In this document: one piece after another, positions 50,081-60,021 of the stretch
Position numbering within the stretch: the first letter of the stretch is position 1
How the letters are laid out: each line of letters starts with the position of its first letter
DNA from: a bacterium
GTDB taxonomy: Bacteria; SAR324; NAC60-12
Assembly (NCBI GenBank): GCA_965209155.1
Contig: OZ242383.1
Location: forward strand, 3,648,001-3,712,000
Direction: 5' to 3'
DNA: 64,000 nt
The notes under the pieces: model-generated
What the model was told of the DNA's origin: nothing
The model's database searches: none
What the model saw: the letters and a program-made list of their open reading frames with translations, nothing else
Program-made: the position numbers and the translations under genes

Positions 50081-50202
50081 ACTAAAACTCTCCAGTTATG
50101 TAAGTTATCGCATTAGAGATTCCTCAGATACTTGTATTCTACCTCTTCTGTTGGGTGCTCGACCCTCTTCAATTTACTTAATTTTATTAAAAAGTAATAG
50201 CT

Positions 50203-51594
50203 TTAAGCATCCGGTATTTCCATCACAACCCGGGTGCCCTGGTGAGGTTGGGAGTGGACAATGAGATCACCGTTAAAGAAACTTAAGCGCTCTTTGATAC
50301 TGAAGAGCCCGAACCCCCCAGCTCCGGATGGAGCGTTTGTGACACCTGCCGGCATTCCCACGCCATCGTCCTGAACCGAGATCACCAGGTGCTCGTCCTT
50401 TCGGGTGATGGAAACTTCGACATGCTTTGCATTCGCATGTTTGACAACATTGAACAGCAGTTCGCGGACTGCACGAAAAATAAGGACCCGCAGATTATTG
50501 CTGATTGGCTCGAGCGTTTCATCCCCTTTCAGCACAATCTTGCATGCATACTCCTTCTAAGTTTGCTCAATCAGCCAGTCAATCGCGGGAATTACCCCTA
50601 AATCATACAGTACGGGCGGGCTGATTTCTAAGATCATTGATTGCACCTCTTTGACAGTCTCCTCGATCGCTTGATTAAAGTCTTTCAGGACAACGTTTTT
50701 CTCATCACTGTCGGCAGTCTCTCCGAGCAGGCCGATTTTGAGAGCGACATTTGTCAAAGTATGTCCAATGCGATCATGAATTTCAGAAGCGATTCGACGC
50801 CGTTCTCTTTCTTCGGCAAACAATAACTCGTTTGTCATGGATCGCAATTTTTCTTTGGCTTATTCACGCTCAACAGACTGTTTTTCCAAGGTACCGACCA
50901 ACCATTTCAGATCCTGCTCTCTGGCCGCAATTTTGTCTGTCATGGTATTCACGCTTTGGGCGATCAGATTCATGGTGTGGTCTTTCATGGGAGAGAGCCT
51001 ATGCTCATAAGACCCGGCAGCAATAGCCCTGACACTCTCCATCAATGCTAATAAAGGTTTTCGTACAAACATTTCCTGCAACACGACCGATGCGATACTG
51101 ATCGCCAAGACCAGGCAACTTGCCACAGCGATGACATAATAGAGAAATTCTTTTTGCCACTTCAGGATTCTATTCATCGAGTAGGCGACTTCAACAGAAC
51201 CAATTCTCGTATCGTAGAACGCTATTATCGGTTTTTTGGCGATAATATGACCTCCTTGGATATCATTCCCTTCATACAAAATGTTTTGTAATTCATCGAA
51301 AATGGAAACAGAAACCACATTGAGCCCTTTCTGGTATTCATTTCTGGCCTATGCCATCATTTTATTGTTTTCAAAGTAGTAGGCTCGTGCTGCGTCTCTA
51401 GCCAGGTTTTCCGCGATTTGATCGGCCTTTTCCTGTAAAATACGGACTTCTCTTTTCGTCATAATTATAAAATTGATGGCCCCCACTCCCAAGGCAACGA
51501 TGATGACAATCGGCATGAGACCGAACAGAATATCTCGAGGAATGGAGCGCGTTAAAAATATATTGAAGATTGCATTTTTCATTTTTTTGCTCAA
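50203..51594 (-). pseudogene. HAMP/HisKA_3 sensor histidine kinase with three in-frame stops
   Basis: ERRRIASEIHD, ELLFNVVKHA, DDGVG, GFGLFSIKER; four ORF pieces in one frame (stops at 51349, 50860, 50557). Confidence 0.9.
50205..50270. repeat. 66-bp repeat copy forming the current kinase 3' end
   Basis: Matches 49404-49469. Confidence 0.95.
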
Positions 51595-51783
51595 TTGATC
51601 CGCCTTCGCCGAAGACTACGAGCTGGCCCATGGAGAAATGCGTAAAATTTTTGTGCGACAGTGGATTGATCCGCATTCCCTTTATTGATTATTTTTGATA
51701 AAGTCTTTCTGGAAATTCCAAGATTCGAATAGATATCTTTAATAAGTTCAATATGTTATGGAATCTTCAGATTTTAGAAAAAA

Positions 51784-51835
51784 TTGTCATTCCTGCTCCA
51801 TGCGAAAGCAGGGACAAGTTTAGCGAGGATGACAA
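51784..51835. repeat. GTCATTCC...GGATGAC REP-like palindrome
   Basis: TTGTCATTCCT ... AGGATGACAA. Confidence 0.6.
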
Positions 51836-52158
51836 ATAAGCCAGGATGCTCCTATTATTGAAGATTTATGTCAAACTCGAATTAACGAGGAAGTGAGATG
51901 TCCCGACCAAGTGATAGTGACATGTTTCAAACAAGAAATTCAATTATCGTTGATTTTATGGTTCGGGAATTATTTGATTGCGTAGGGAGAAGATTTTTTG
52001 TCAAACTCCCGGGTGTTCTATTGGGGATATGGTTGGTGTTGTTGATTACTATCCAGTGTTTGTTGGAGGTGAACACGAATTGAAATCATAGCTTCACCCT
52101 GGTATCTTTCCTGATCTGCGTATTCCATAATCCTGAACGTGATCTTCTTTGAGATTTT

Positions 52159-53484
52159 ATGACCTTTCCTGACCCACAATCCAAATCGGCCCGACTTTTC
52201 GAAAGAGCCCGTCGTGTGATTCCTGGCAGTACCAGCCGTCTCACCATCAAAACATCGCCTTATCATCTTTTTTTATCATCTGCGCAAGGCGCGAAAGTGG
52301 TGGATGTGGATGGCAACGAATTGCTTGATTTCAATAACAACTACACGTCATTGATTCATGGTCATGCTCATCCAGCGATCAATCAAGCGGTTCAAAAACA
52401 ACTTTCTCTGGGAACGGCATATTCTTTCAGCAATGAAGCAGAAATTGAATTGGCCGAACTCTTGTGTGAACGACTTCCTTCTATGGAACGCATTCGCTTT
52501 GTCAATTCAGGTTCCGAAGCCGTGATGAATGCCATCAAAGCCGCACGGGCTTATACGGGGCGATTCAAAATTGCCAAATGTGAAGGGGGATATCATGGAA
52601 GTTATGACAACGCCGAAGTGAGTTTGAGCAGCACCCCGGAGAATTGGGGGACAGAGCTGCCTCAATCCGTTGAATACTCTAAGGGCACTCCCGAGAGCGT
52701 GTTGGAAGAGACAATTGTGATTCCCTATAATGACACAGATGGTGCCGGGCAAATCTTAGAAGCGCATGCCTCGGAACTTGCTGCGGTTTTGTTCGATCCC
52801 CTTCCCCTTCGAATTGGCCTGATTCCAATTCAATCTGAATTCGTCGAGATGTTAAAGCAGTTTGCCAGAGATCATCGAGCACTCCTCATAATGGATGAAG
52901 TGGTTACTTTGCGAAACGGTTATTCCGGAACCCAAGGGGTATTGGGATTGACTCCCGATCTGACAACGTTAGCAAAAATCATTGGAGGCGGATTTCCCGT
53001 CGGAGCGGTGGGAGGTCGTGCTGATGTGATGCAGGTGTTTGAAGCGGATCAACAAAAACCCGCTTTGCCCCACGGAGGAACCTTCAATGCGAACCCCATT
53101 ACGATGGTAGCAGGGAAAACCTGTATGGAATGGTTCAATCAAGAAGAGATTGATCAATTGAATGCCAAAGGGAAATTTTTACGTGCAGAAATCGAAAAGG
53201 TTTTCAAATCCGTGAATGTCCCCGGACAGGTGACCGGCGAAGGGTCTTTATTTCGAATCCATTTGCACAAGCGAGCCCTCCGGAACTATCGAGATTCTTA
53301 TTCCACTCAAACAGAAAACACCAACCTTTCTTTGCTCCACCAGCATCTTATCAATGAGGGGGTTTACTTATCTTCGGGAGGTATGGGTTGTCTCTCCACG
53401 GCCATGAGCGATGCGGATTTGTCGCATTTTCTGGGGGCTTTGCTCAAGTGCCTCCGTCTAATGGAAGAGTGTTTCGAAGTTTGA
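52159..53484 (+). CDS. Class III aminotransferase (glutamate-1-semialdehyde aminomutase-like)
   Basis: DVDGN, GHAHP, NSGSEA, YHG, MDEVVT, LAKIIGGGFPVGA, GTFNANP. Confidence 0.92.
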   Translation: MTFPDPQSKSARLFERARRVIPGSTSRLTIKTSPYHLFLSSAQGAKVVDVDGNELLDFNNNYTSLIHGHAHPAINQAVQKQLSLGTAYSFSNEAEIELAELLCERLPSMERIRFVNSGSEAVMNAIKAARAYTGRFKIAKCEGGYHGSYDNAEVSLSSTPENWGTELPQSVEYSKGTPESVLEETIVIPYNDTDGAGQILEAHASELAAVLFDPLPLRIGLIPIQSEFVEMLKQFARDHRALLIMDEVVTLRNGYSGTQGVLGLTPDLTTLAKIIGGGFPVGAVGGRADVMQVFEADQQKPALPHGGTFNANPITMVAGKTCMEWFNQEEIDQLNAKGKFLRAEIEKVFKSVNVPGQVTGEGSLFRIHLHKRALRNYRDSYSTQTENTNLSLLHQHLINEGVYLSSGGMGCLSTAMSDADLSHFLGALLKCLRLMEECFEV

Positions 53485-53488
53485 GAAA

Positions 53489-53607
53489 AGACGTTGCGCT
53501 TCGATGCCGGCTGTGAAGAAGCGTTCGACTGCGCAACCCTGGATCACATCGTCGTGTTCACGGATGAACCGGTCGACTTTCTCACTGGGGAAACCATGGG
53601 GGCATGA
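53489..53607 (+). pseudogene. 3' stub of a PhyH gene (paralog of 19188-20030)
   Basis: Gap-free alignment to 19912-20030. Confidence 0.88.
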
Positions 53608-53638
53608 AGGGCCGTGGGGCATAGCCGCTCATTCTGAT

Positions 53639-54808
53639 CTATCTCAATTCCTTTTCAACGAGCCTGGACCAATAGCTCACGCCAAGCGGCAGGATCTCGT
53701 CGTTGAAGTCGTAGTTTGGATTATGGACATAGCAGCCGCCTGGCCCCCCTTCAACTCCATTACCAATAAAAATAAAACAACCGGGACGCTGGTTCAGCAT
53801 CCAGGAAAAGTCTTCGGCTCCCATCACGGGTGGACTATCACGAAGAATGTTTTCAGCCCCAACGATTGCGGCTGCTGCTGCCGCCGCCTTTTCTGTTTCA
53901 ATCTCTGTATTGATCGTCGGCAGATAACGCCGATCGTAGCGGAATTCGATTCCTACTCCATAGCTAACCCCGACGCCTTCAGCGATTTGCCGTAATTCAT
54001 GTTCTATCATGTCCTGAGTTTCGGGTTTCAACGCGCGAGTTGTGCCTGAAAGGACAGCATCTTCCGCGATCACATTGTTAGTATGCCCCGCATGAACCTG
54101 GGTAATGCTGACGACGGTGGAATCCAGGGGATCCGTCCGGCGAGACGCAACAGTTTGGAAAGCATTGATCATTGCCCCAACGGCAACCACCGGGTCGTTT
54201 CCATGATGGGGGAAGGCGCCGTGTGCGCCAACACCGGTGATCTTGACCTCAAAGAAATCGGCTGAAGCCATCACCGGCCCAGGTTTGACTGCAAACTTGC
54301 CAACGGGCAGCCCAGGCGCGTTGTGCATGCCATAGACGGCCTCGCAGGGGAATTGGTCGAAAAGCCCATCATCCACCATCACTCGCCCACCGGCGACGTT
54401 TTCCTCTGCTGGCTGAAAAATAAAATGGACGGTTCCATCGAAATGCTTCGTTTCCGCTAAATAACGTGCCGCACCCAACAACATCGTGGTATGGCCGTCA
54501 TGCCCACAACCATGCATTTTGCCCTCGTAGACTGATTTGTGATCGAATTCGTTTAGCTCATAAATGTCGAGTGCGTCCATGTCGGCACGTAAGCCGATCG
54601 ACTTCGTGCCATTCCCGACTTTCAACGTCCCGACCACACCGGTTTTGGCAAGACCTCGATGGACCTCGATGCGATAGGATTCAAGCAATTTCGCCACAAT
54701 TTCCGAAGTACGCTCTTCTTCAAAGGCGGTTTCAGGATGAGCATGGATGTCTCTGCGGATACGGGTGAGTTCGTCGTGAAATGCGGTAATTCGGTTGTCA
54801 ATATTCAT
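53639..54808 (-). CDS. M20D family amidohydrolase (hippurate hydrolase-like)
   Basis: HAHPE, LRADMDAL, MHGCGHDGH, FQPAEE, GAEDF, HNPNYDFND. Confidence 0.95.
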   Translation of the reverse strand: MNIDNRITAFHDELTRIRRDIHAHPETAFEEERTSEIVAKLLESYRIEVHRGLAKTGVVGTLKVGNGTKSIGLRADMDALDIYELNEFDHKSVYEGKMHGCGHDGHTTMLLGAARYLAETKHFDGTVHFIFQPAEENVAGGRVMVDDGLFDQFPCEAVYGMHNAPGLPVGKFAVKPGPVMASADFFEVKITGVGAHGAFPHHGNDPVVAVGAMINAFQTVASRRTDPLDSTVVSITQVHAGHTNNVIAEDAVLSGTTRALKPETQDMIEHELRQIAEGVGVSYGVGIEFRYDRRYLPTINTEIETEKAAAAAAAIVGAENILRDSPPVMGAEDFSWMLNQRPGCFIFIGNGVEGGPGGCYVHNPNYDFNDEILPLGVSYWSRLVEKELR

Positions 54809-54964
54809 GTAAGTCTCCTTTTTTGATATAAATCTTTCTGGTATGTCGTTAGTTTCCTGGCTTATGAAAATATTTACGCAATTTGGTGCTTTCTTTCCAA
54901 AAAAACAAAGTCAATGTAATCCAGCGGCGACTCGCCATTCAGAAGTTCTACTAGATAGCACCGA

Positions 54965-55984
54965 TTAACCAGGATGAGTCGGTGCTTGCTCGTCCCAAAT
55001 GCGCCACCAGAGCAAACGCAGTTGTTGGACTTGGTTCCCGGTTTCTTGTGGAAGTTGTTCCACATGAATCGGTTGCACCCCATCGCTATTGATTATACCC
55101 ACGGCGAATCGGAACGCATAGTATGGGACGATTCCCATCCTCAGATCCGTAATGACGACCTTATTCTTCTCTTTGCCGACACGGTAAAACCCTTTAATGA
55201 ACCATGTCAGTCGCTGCACGGCCCATTGGTCGGAAATCTCCTGTAACAGTGCAGGTTGGCTTTCAAATCTCCTCCATCGTATTTTGTCTGATTGGTCCAA
55301 CAACGAATACAATCCATCATAGTAACCATCGTTCTCCATCACAATGATTCGCCACAATAGTGAATTGAATGGGGTCGGAGTGGAGAGAAGACGCTCGTAG
55401 GAGATGTTTTGCCTTTGTAACGATCTTTCCGCCAATTCATCAATATATAATTTAGCACCGACAGTCCATATCAAATAAATACACGCAAAGGCCAGACCAA
55501 TCGAATTCAAATGATTTCCGAGGGACGAGGATCGCCGCATCCACAAGGCGCACATCAATCCTGTCAATAAGGGTATGGTAAATGCGGGGTCAATGATAAA
55601 CACGGTGGACCAAGTGACTGGATGATTGGAAAAGGGTAACCAGATTTGCGTACCATACACCGTGAAGCAATCCAACAAAGTATGGGTGTAGAAAGTTAAA
55701 ATGACTAACAAACCCCACGATACGCGATGGGAACGAGTGTTTGGATGAATGTGAAGGATGAACCATACCAGCAATGGCATGGCAAGCGTCATGAAAAAGA
55801 AAGAGTGACTCACACCACGGTGGTAAGTGAAATCGCTCACCGGATCTCCCATTGAGAATAGAACGTCCAGGTCGGGAAGCGTACCGCACAGCGCACCCCA
55901 AAAGGCCGCGCGTCGTCCCACTTTCCTCCCTAATACTGCTTCTCCAACAGCAGCTCCGAGGGTCAGTTGCGTGAATGAATCCAT
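54965..55984 (-). CDS. Inner-membrane metal-dependent hydrolase (YdjM/DUF457-like)
   Basis: MDSFTQ..LGA, LPDLD, HRGVSHS, THTLLD..T.YGT, FIIDP. Confidence 0.9.
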   Translation of the reverse strand: MDSFTQLTLGAAVGEAVLGRKVGRRAAFWGALCGTLPDLDVLFSMGDPVSDFTYHRGVSHSFFFMTLAMPLLVWFILHIHPNTRSHRVSWGLLVILTFYTHTLLDCFTVYGTQIWLPFSNHPVTWSTVFIIDPAFTIPLLTGLMCALWMRRSSSLGNHLNSIGLAFACIYLIWTVGAKLYIDELAERSLQRQNISYERLLSTPTPFNSLLWRIIVMENDGYYDGLYSLLDQSDKIRWRRFESQPALLQEISDQWAVQRLTWFIKGFYRVGKEKNKVVITDLRMGIVPYYAFRFAVGIINSDGVQPIHVEQLPQETGNQVQQLRLLWWRIWDEQAPTHPG

Positions 55985-56152
55985 ATTTTTACGTAAGCTA
56001 TTGAATTTATTGCAATAGACTTGCGTAATGTTAAGTTGACAAAGGGGATGGAACTACTATAAGTTCAATTGGCGGGCAGTGAAGTTCTTGAATTATTTAA
56101 TTGATAAATGAACCATTTCAGCCCGCCATTCGTGAAGCAAAGTTCCCTTTAA

Positions 56153-57538
56153 TTGGTAATAAATTTAAATCCTCAGACTAACATGCTTGCCATTTCAAAC
56201 CAAGCCTTGGTCCTCCACAGCATCTACTTAGGCGTGATTGTTGCCCTGATTCTCTCCAATAGCATGTTCGCATTCAATCTGAGAGAAACGAGTTACTGTT
56301 ATTATGTAGGATTTATTGCATTTTTGGGAGGGACGCGCACGTTGGAAAATAAGTTTTTTTATGAATTTCCGGGGCCAATATTATTCCCGTGGAACCTGAA
56401 TCCCTGGCCCATCTTGGTGGGTATCAGTCTTGTTTTCGCATATTTGTTTGCGCGTCGTTTTTTACGTACGAAAGAAAACCTGCCAATTTTCGATTCCTTG
56501 CTTGTCGTCCTCTTGGTGCTCAGCCTGTTGACCGCTGTGATTGCTACCATTTTCCACCAGTTCTTTATGTTAAAGTTGATGAAAATTTTATTTCTCGTTT
56601 GGGCGGTTATGGCAATCTATGCAGGTGTTCGACGATGGCGGCAAAACTTTCGACCTGCTCGATTCTACCTTTTAGCCTGGATTTGTCTGGCAGTGGCGAG
56701 CGCTGAGGGATTGTCTTCAGACTCAACGGAAGCCTTAAACGTGGAAGGAATCACATGGAGTATTTATTTGAGTTCTTTATTGGCGATAGTTCTCTTGGCA
56801 CTTGCCTTGACAGACAATCTCAATGCATCCCGTCAGGAAAGTGAATCCACCTTGAGAGAAAGATTGGCTGAAGCAGAAAAAGTAATGCGTTTGACCGATA
56901 TATTCAATCGTTTCGTACCTCATTCAATGATCCAATGTTTACCAAAAAAGCACATCATCGATGTTCGGCTGGGAGACTATGTTCAGCAAGAAATGAGTGT
57001 CCTGTCAATGGAAATACAAAATTTTCCGGTGCTATCCGCACGATTATCGCCTCCTGAAAACCTGGCTTTCGTTAACCAGTTTTTAAATGAAATGGGGCCC
57101 GTTGCGCGAAAGCACAATGGTTTTGTGGGGAAATACAAGGCGACTGGAATAACGGCATTTTTCCCCGATAAACCTGAAGACGCCGTTGCTGCCGGAAGGC
57201 AAATGCTGAAAAGAGTGAAACAACTCAATCAGGGTAAAAAAGCAAATGAAACAATTATCGAAATCGGAATCGGCGTTAATTGTGAAGTCCTTCTCCTTGG
57301 AATTGTTGGAGAAGTGGGACGCATGGAAGGGACTGTCATCTCCGAAGCGGAAATTGTTGCGGAGCATTTACAAGCGCTGACGAAATCGTATCAAAGACCC
57401 TTTTTGATTACTGAATTCACCCTTGCGGCACTGGTGGAGTCCAACAATCCGTTAATCGAATTTGTCGACCGCGTCCAGCTGCCGGGAAAATCGAAATTGA
57501 TTGATATTTTTGAAGTAAAAAAGAAACCATGGGATTAA
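56153..57538 (+). CDS. 7TM-DISM membrane domain plus degenerate adenylate/guanylate cyclase domain
   Basis: RPARFYLLAW, RFVP, IGIGVN, GIVGE..RMEGTVIS; catalytic motifs altered; start uncertain. Confidence 0.85.
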   Translation: MVINLNPQTNMLAISNQALVLHSIYLGVIVALILSNSMFAFNLRETSYCYYVGFIAFLGGTRTLENKFFYEFPGPILFPWNLNPWPILVGISLVFAYLFARRFLRTKENLPIFDSLLVVLLVLSLLTAVIATIFHQFFMLKLMKILFLVWAVMAIYAGVRRWRQNFRPARFYLLAWICLAVASAEGLSSDSTEALNVEGITWSIYLSSLLAIVLLALALTDNLNASRQESESTLRERLAEAEKVMRLTDIFNRFVPHSMIQCLPKKHIIDVRLGDYVQQEMSVLSMEIQNFPVLSARLSPPENLAFVNQFLNEMGPVARKHNGFVGKYKATGITAFFPDKPEDAVAAGRQMLKRVKQLNQGKKANETIIEIGIGVNCEVLLLGIVGEVGRMEGTVISEAEIVAEHLQALTKSYQRPFLITEFTLAALVESNNPLIEFVDRVQLPGKSKLIDIFEVKKKPWD

Positions 57539-57558
57539 ACTCTCGTGCTTCATCAGAA

Positions 57559-58275
57559 TCACACTCCCAAATAACGCCGCCGAGCATCCACATCTTCTGC
57601 GAGCATTGCGGTATCTCCCGACCAGACGATGCGTCCTTTTTCAAGAATATAATGGCGGTCGGCAAAGCGAAGGAGGGATTCGATGTGTTTATCGATTACG
57701 AGGATGGACTGTCCCGTTTTCTTCAAGATTTCGAGACAGCGCCAGATATCTTTACGAATCAAAGGCGCTAATCCTTCGGTTGCTTCGTCTAAAATGAGAA
57801 GACGGGGATTGGTCATCAAGGCTCGTCCGATAGAAAGCATTTGTTGCTCCCCCCCGGAAAGTTGGTCTCCTCGAAATTTCTGGCGCCGGGCCAGAATTGG
57901 AAAAATTCGCAAGACCCTTTCAAGGGTCCAGGGAGCAAGGGGATTGCCGGAGAGACATCTCGGTTGCTTCCTCGCCGTTGCAAGCAGATTTTCTTTCACT
58001 GTCAAATTAGAAAAAATCAGTCGTCCTTCCGGTACCAGCCCCACACCGAGTCGGGCTATCCGGTAGGAAGGCAGGTGCTGGATTTCTCTCCCTTCCAGCA
58101 GAATTTTCCCCCTACGAGTCGGAGTCAATCCAATGATGGAGCGTACCATAGTGGTTTTACCCATGCCATTGCGTCCCAAAAGAATTGCGGCTTGCCCTTC
58201 ATCGATTTTGAGATCGACGCCGAATAACACCTGGCTGCTGCCATAAAAGGTCTCAATATTTTGCAGTTCCAACAT
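57559..58275 (-). CDS. Branched-chain/aromatic ABC ATP-binding protein (LivF type)
   Basis: GRNGMGKT, LSGGEQQM, LDEATEGLAP. Confidence 0.94.
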   Translation of the reverse strand: MLELQNIETFYGSSQVLFGVDLKIDEGQAAILLGRNGMGKTTMVRSIIGLTPTRRGKILLEGREIQHLPSYRIARLGVGLVPEGRLIFSNLTVKENLLATARKQPRCLSGNPLAPWTLERVLRIFPILARRQKFRGDQLSGGEQQMLSIGRALMTNPRLLILDEATEGLAPLIRKDIWRCLEILKKTGQSILVIDKHIESLLRFADRHYILEKGRIVWSGDTAMLAEDVDARRRYLGV

Positions 58276-59027
58276 TAGAAAATCTCATTGCCCAGATACG
58301 CAATTCGTACGTCTGCATTGTTGCGGACTGTGTCCGGGTGTCCGCTGGCAATTGCTTTTCCATAGACCAGAACCGTCAGGTGGTCAGAAAGAGCAAAAAC
58401 GGCATCCATATCATGTTCGACGAGTAGAATGGTGTACTCGTTTTTCAGTTTCATCAAAAATTGGATCATCTGAACCGATTCTTCCTTTCCCATACCAGCT
58501 AAAGGTTCATCCAGGAGTAGTAAAACCGGTTCGGATGCCAACGTCATCGCGATTTCAAGTTGCCGTTTTTCGCCATGCGCCAGATTTCGTGCCAGGATAG
58601 GTGCACGATGGGCTAATCCCACCTGATCGAGGATCCGCAAGGTTGGTTCGCGCAGGGAGCGATCCTTGCTGGCAGCTTTCCAAAAATAAAAGCTGTGCCC
58701 TTTGCGCGCCTGCACGGCAAGGGCCACGTTGTCTTCAATGGTCAACTCGTCAAAAACGGAGGTGATTTGATAAGAACGAGCGATTCCGTGCCGCACCCTT
58801 TTATGGATAGGCCAGTGAGTGATTGGCTCTCCTTGAAACAACACGCTCCCTGCATCAGGTGTCAATTCACCGGAGAGTTGGGCGATTAAAGTGGTTTTTC
58901 CGGCACCATTGGGACCAATCACCGCATGCAGTTTGCCTTTTTCCAGTTCCAGGGAAAGTCCGTCAATGGCGGCAAGAGCACCAAAATTTTTACGTAGCCC
59001 CTGGATTTCCAATAGGGTTTCAGCCAT
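58275..59027 (-). CDS. ABC ATP-binding protein (LivG type)
   Basis: GPNGAGKT, LAHGEKRQLE, LDEP, VEHDM. Confidence 0.94.
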   Translation of the reverse strand: MAETLLEIQGLRKNFGALAAIDGLSLELEKGKLHAVIGPNGAGKTTLIAQLSGELTPDAGSVLFQGEPITHWPIHKRVRHGIARSYQITSVFDELTIEDNVALAVQARKGHSFYFWKAASKDRSLREPTLRILDQVGLAHRAPILARNLAHGEKRQLEIAMTLASEPVLLLLDEPLAGMGKEESVQMIQFLMKLKNEYTILLVEHDMDAVFALSDHLTVLVYGKAIASGHPDTVRNNADVRIAYLGNEIF

Positions 59028-60021
59028 GATCTCCTTTGTCTTTTCCAACCAATAAACCATATAGCCCACGTTTGCTGAACAAGACGACAAGGATCAGAAA
59101 TGGTCCGAAATAAAGCATCCAATGTTCGGTATAAGCAGAGAGAATTTCTTCAATGGATAAAAATGCAATGGCTCCAAAAACGGCACCGAAGAGGGTACCC
59201 ATTCCTCCTAAAATGACCATGATCAATATTTCCCCGGATTGCGTCCAATGTAAAAGGTCCGGGCTAACGTATTCCAAGTGATTGCTCATCAGGATTCCTG
59301 CTAAACCTGCGCCAGCCCCTGAGATGGTAAATGCCGTCAGTTTATAAAAATAAATAGGAAATCCCAGCGTTTTCATACGCTGCTCGTTTTGCTTGCACCC
59401 TTTGATCACCATACCAAAGCGTGAATGAATCAAACGATGGGAGTAGAGGATAAATAACACGAGGACAACAAAGCAAATATAATAGAAGGTCGTGTCGTTG
59501 TTCAAATCCAGGTTGAAGAGGGAATTGCGTTCGAACATGCTCATGCCGTCATCTCCTCCATAAATTTCCAGAGAATTGAAGAAAAAGAAAAGCATTTGAG
59601 CGAAGGCCAGAGTAATCATCAGAAAGTACACTCCACTTGTACGTAAGCTCAGAGCTCCAATCCCCAAGGCGAACAACGCAGTCACCAGCACGCTCACGGG
59701 CCAGACCAATAAGGCGTCATTGCTCCCGGAGATTTCAAGGGGCCAACTGAGGAAGGGCGTTCCCTCCGCGTAATGATATGCCAGGATGCCAACGCCATAA
59801 GTACCAATTCCAAAAAATGCGGCATGACCCAAACTGACCATCCCCCCGTATCCCAAGATCAGGTCGAGGCTGACGGCGGCAATTCCATAAATCAAACATA
59901 GTCTGAAGAAGGGGATCAGATAGGCCTGATCTGTTGCTTCAGCGAGCAGGGGCAGGCAAGAGAGAAAAACAAACAAAGATAAAAGGACTGTTTTTTTACG
60001 GATGTGTTTAAGCATTGGCAT
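59020..60021 (-). CDS. ABC permease (LivM type)
   Basis: GYGGMVSLGHAAFFG, YFLMITLAF, MVILGG. Confidence 0.93.
   Translation of the reverse strand: MPMLKHIRKKTVLLSLFVFLSCLPLLAEATDQAYLIPFFRLCLIYGIAAVSLDLILGYGGMVSLGHAAFFGIGTYGVGILAYHYAEGTPFLSWPLEISGSNDALLVWPVSVLVTALFALGIGALSLRTSGVYFLMITLAFAQMLFFFFNSLEIYGGDDGMSMFERNSLFNLDLNNDTTFYYICFVVLVLFILYSHRLIHSRFGMVIKGCKQNEQRMKTLGFPIYFYKLTAFTISGAGAGLAGILMSNHLEYVSPDLLHWTQSGEILIMVILGGMGTLFGAVFGAIAFLSIEEILSAYTEHWMLYFGPFLILVVLFSKRGLYGLLVGKDKGDHG

Noticed and set aside
47670..51351. Stop-codon reassignment explaining in-frame stops
   Set aside because: All three stop codons are involved and all three terminate intact genes in this window
51870..51890. Possible IS982-like terminal repeat ACTCGAATTAACG
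   Set aside because: No convincing partner end or transposase remnant
54874..54960. Short minus-strand tail YLVELLNGESPLDYIDF... as a transposase stub
   Set aside because: Family cannot be assigned without a search
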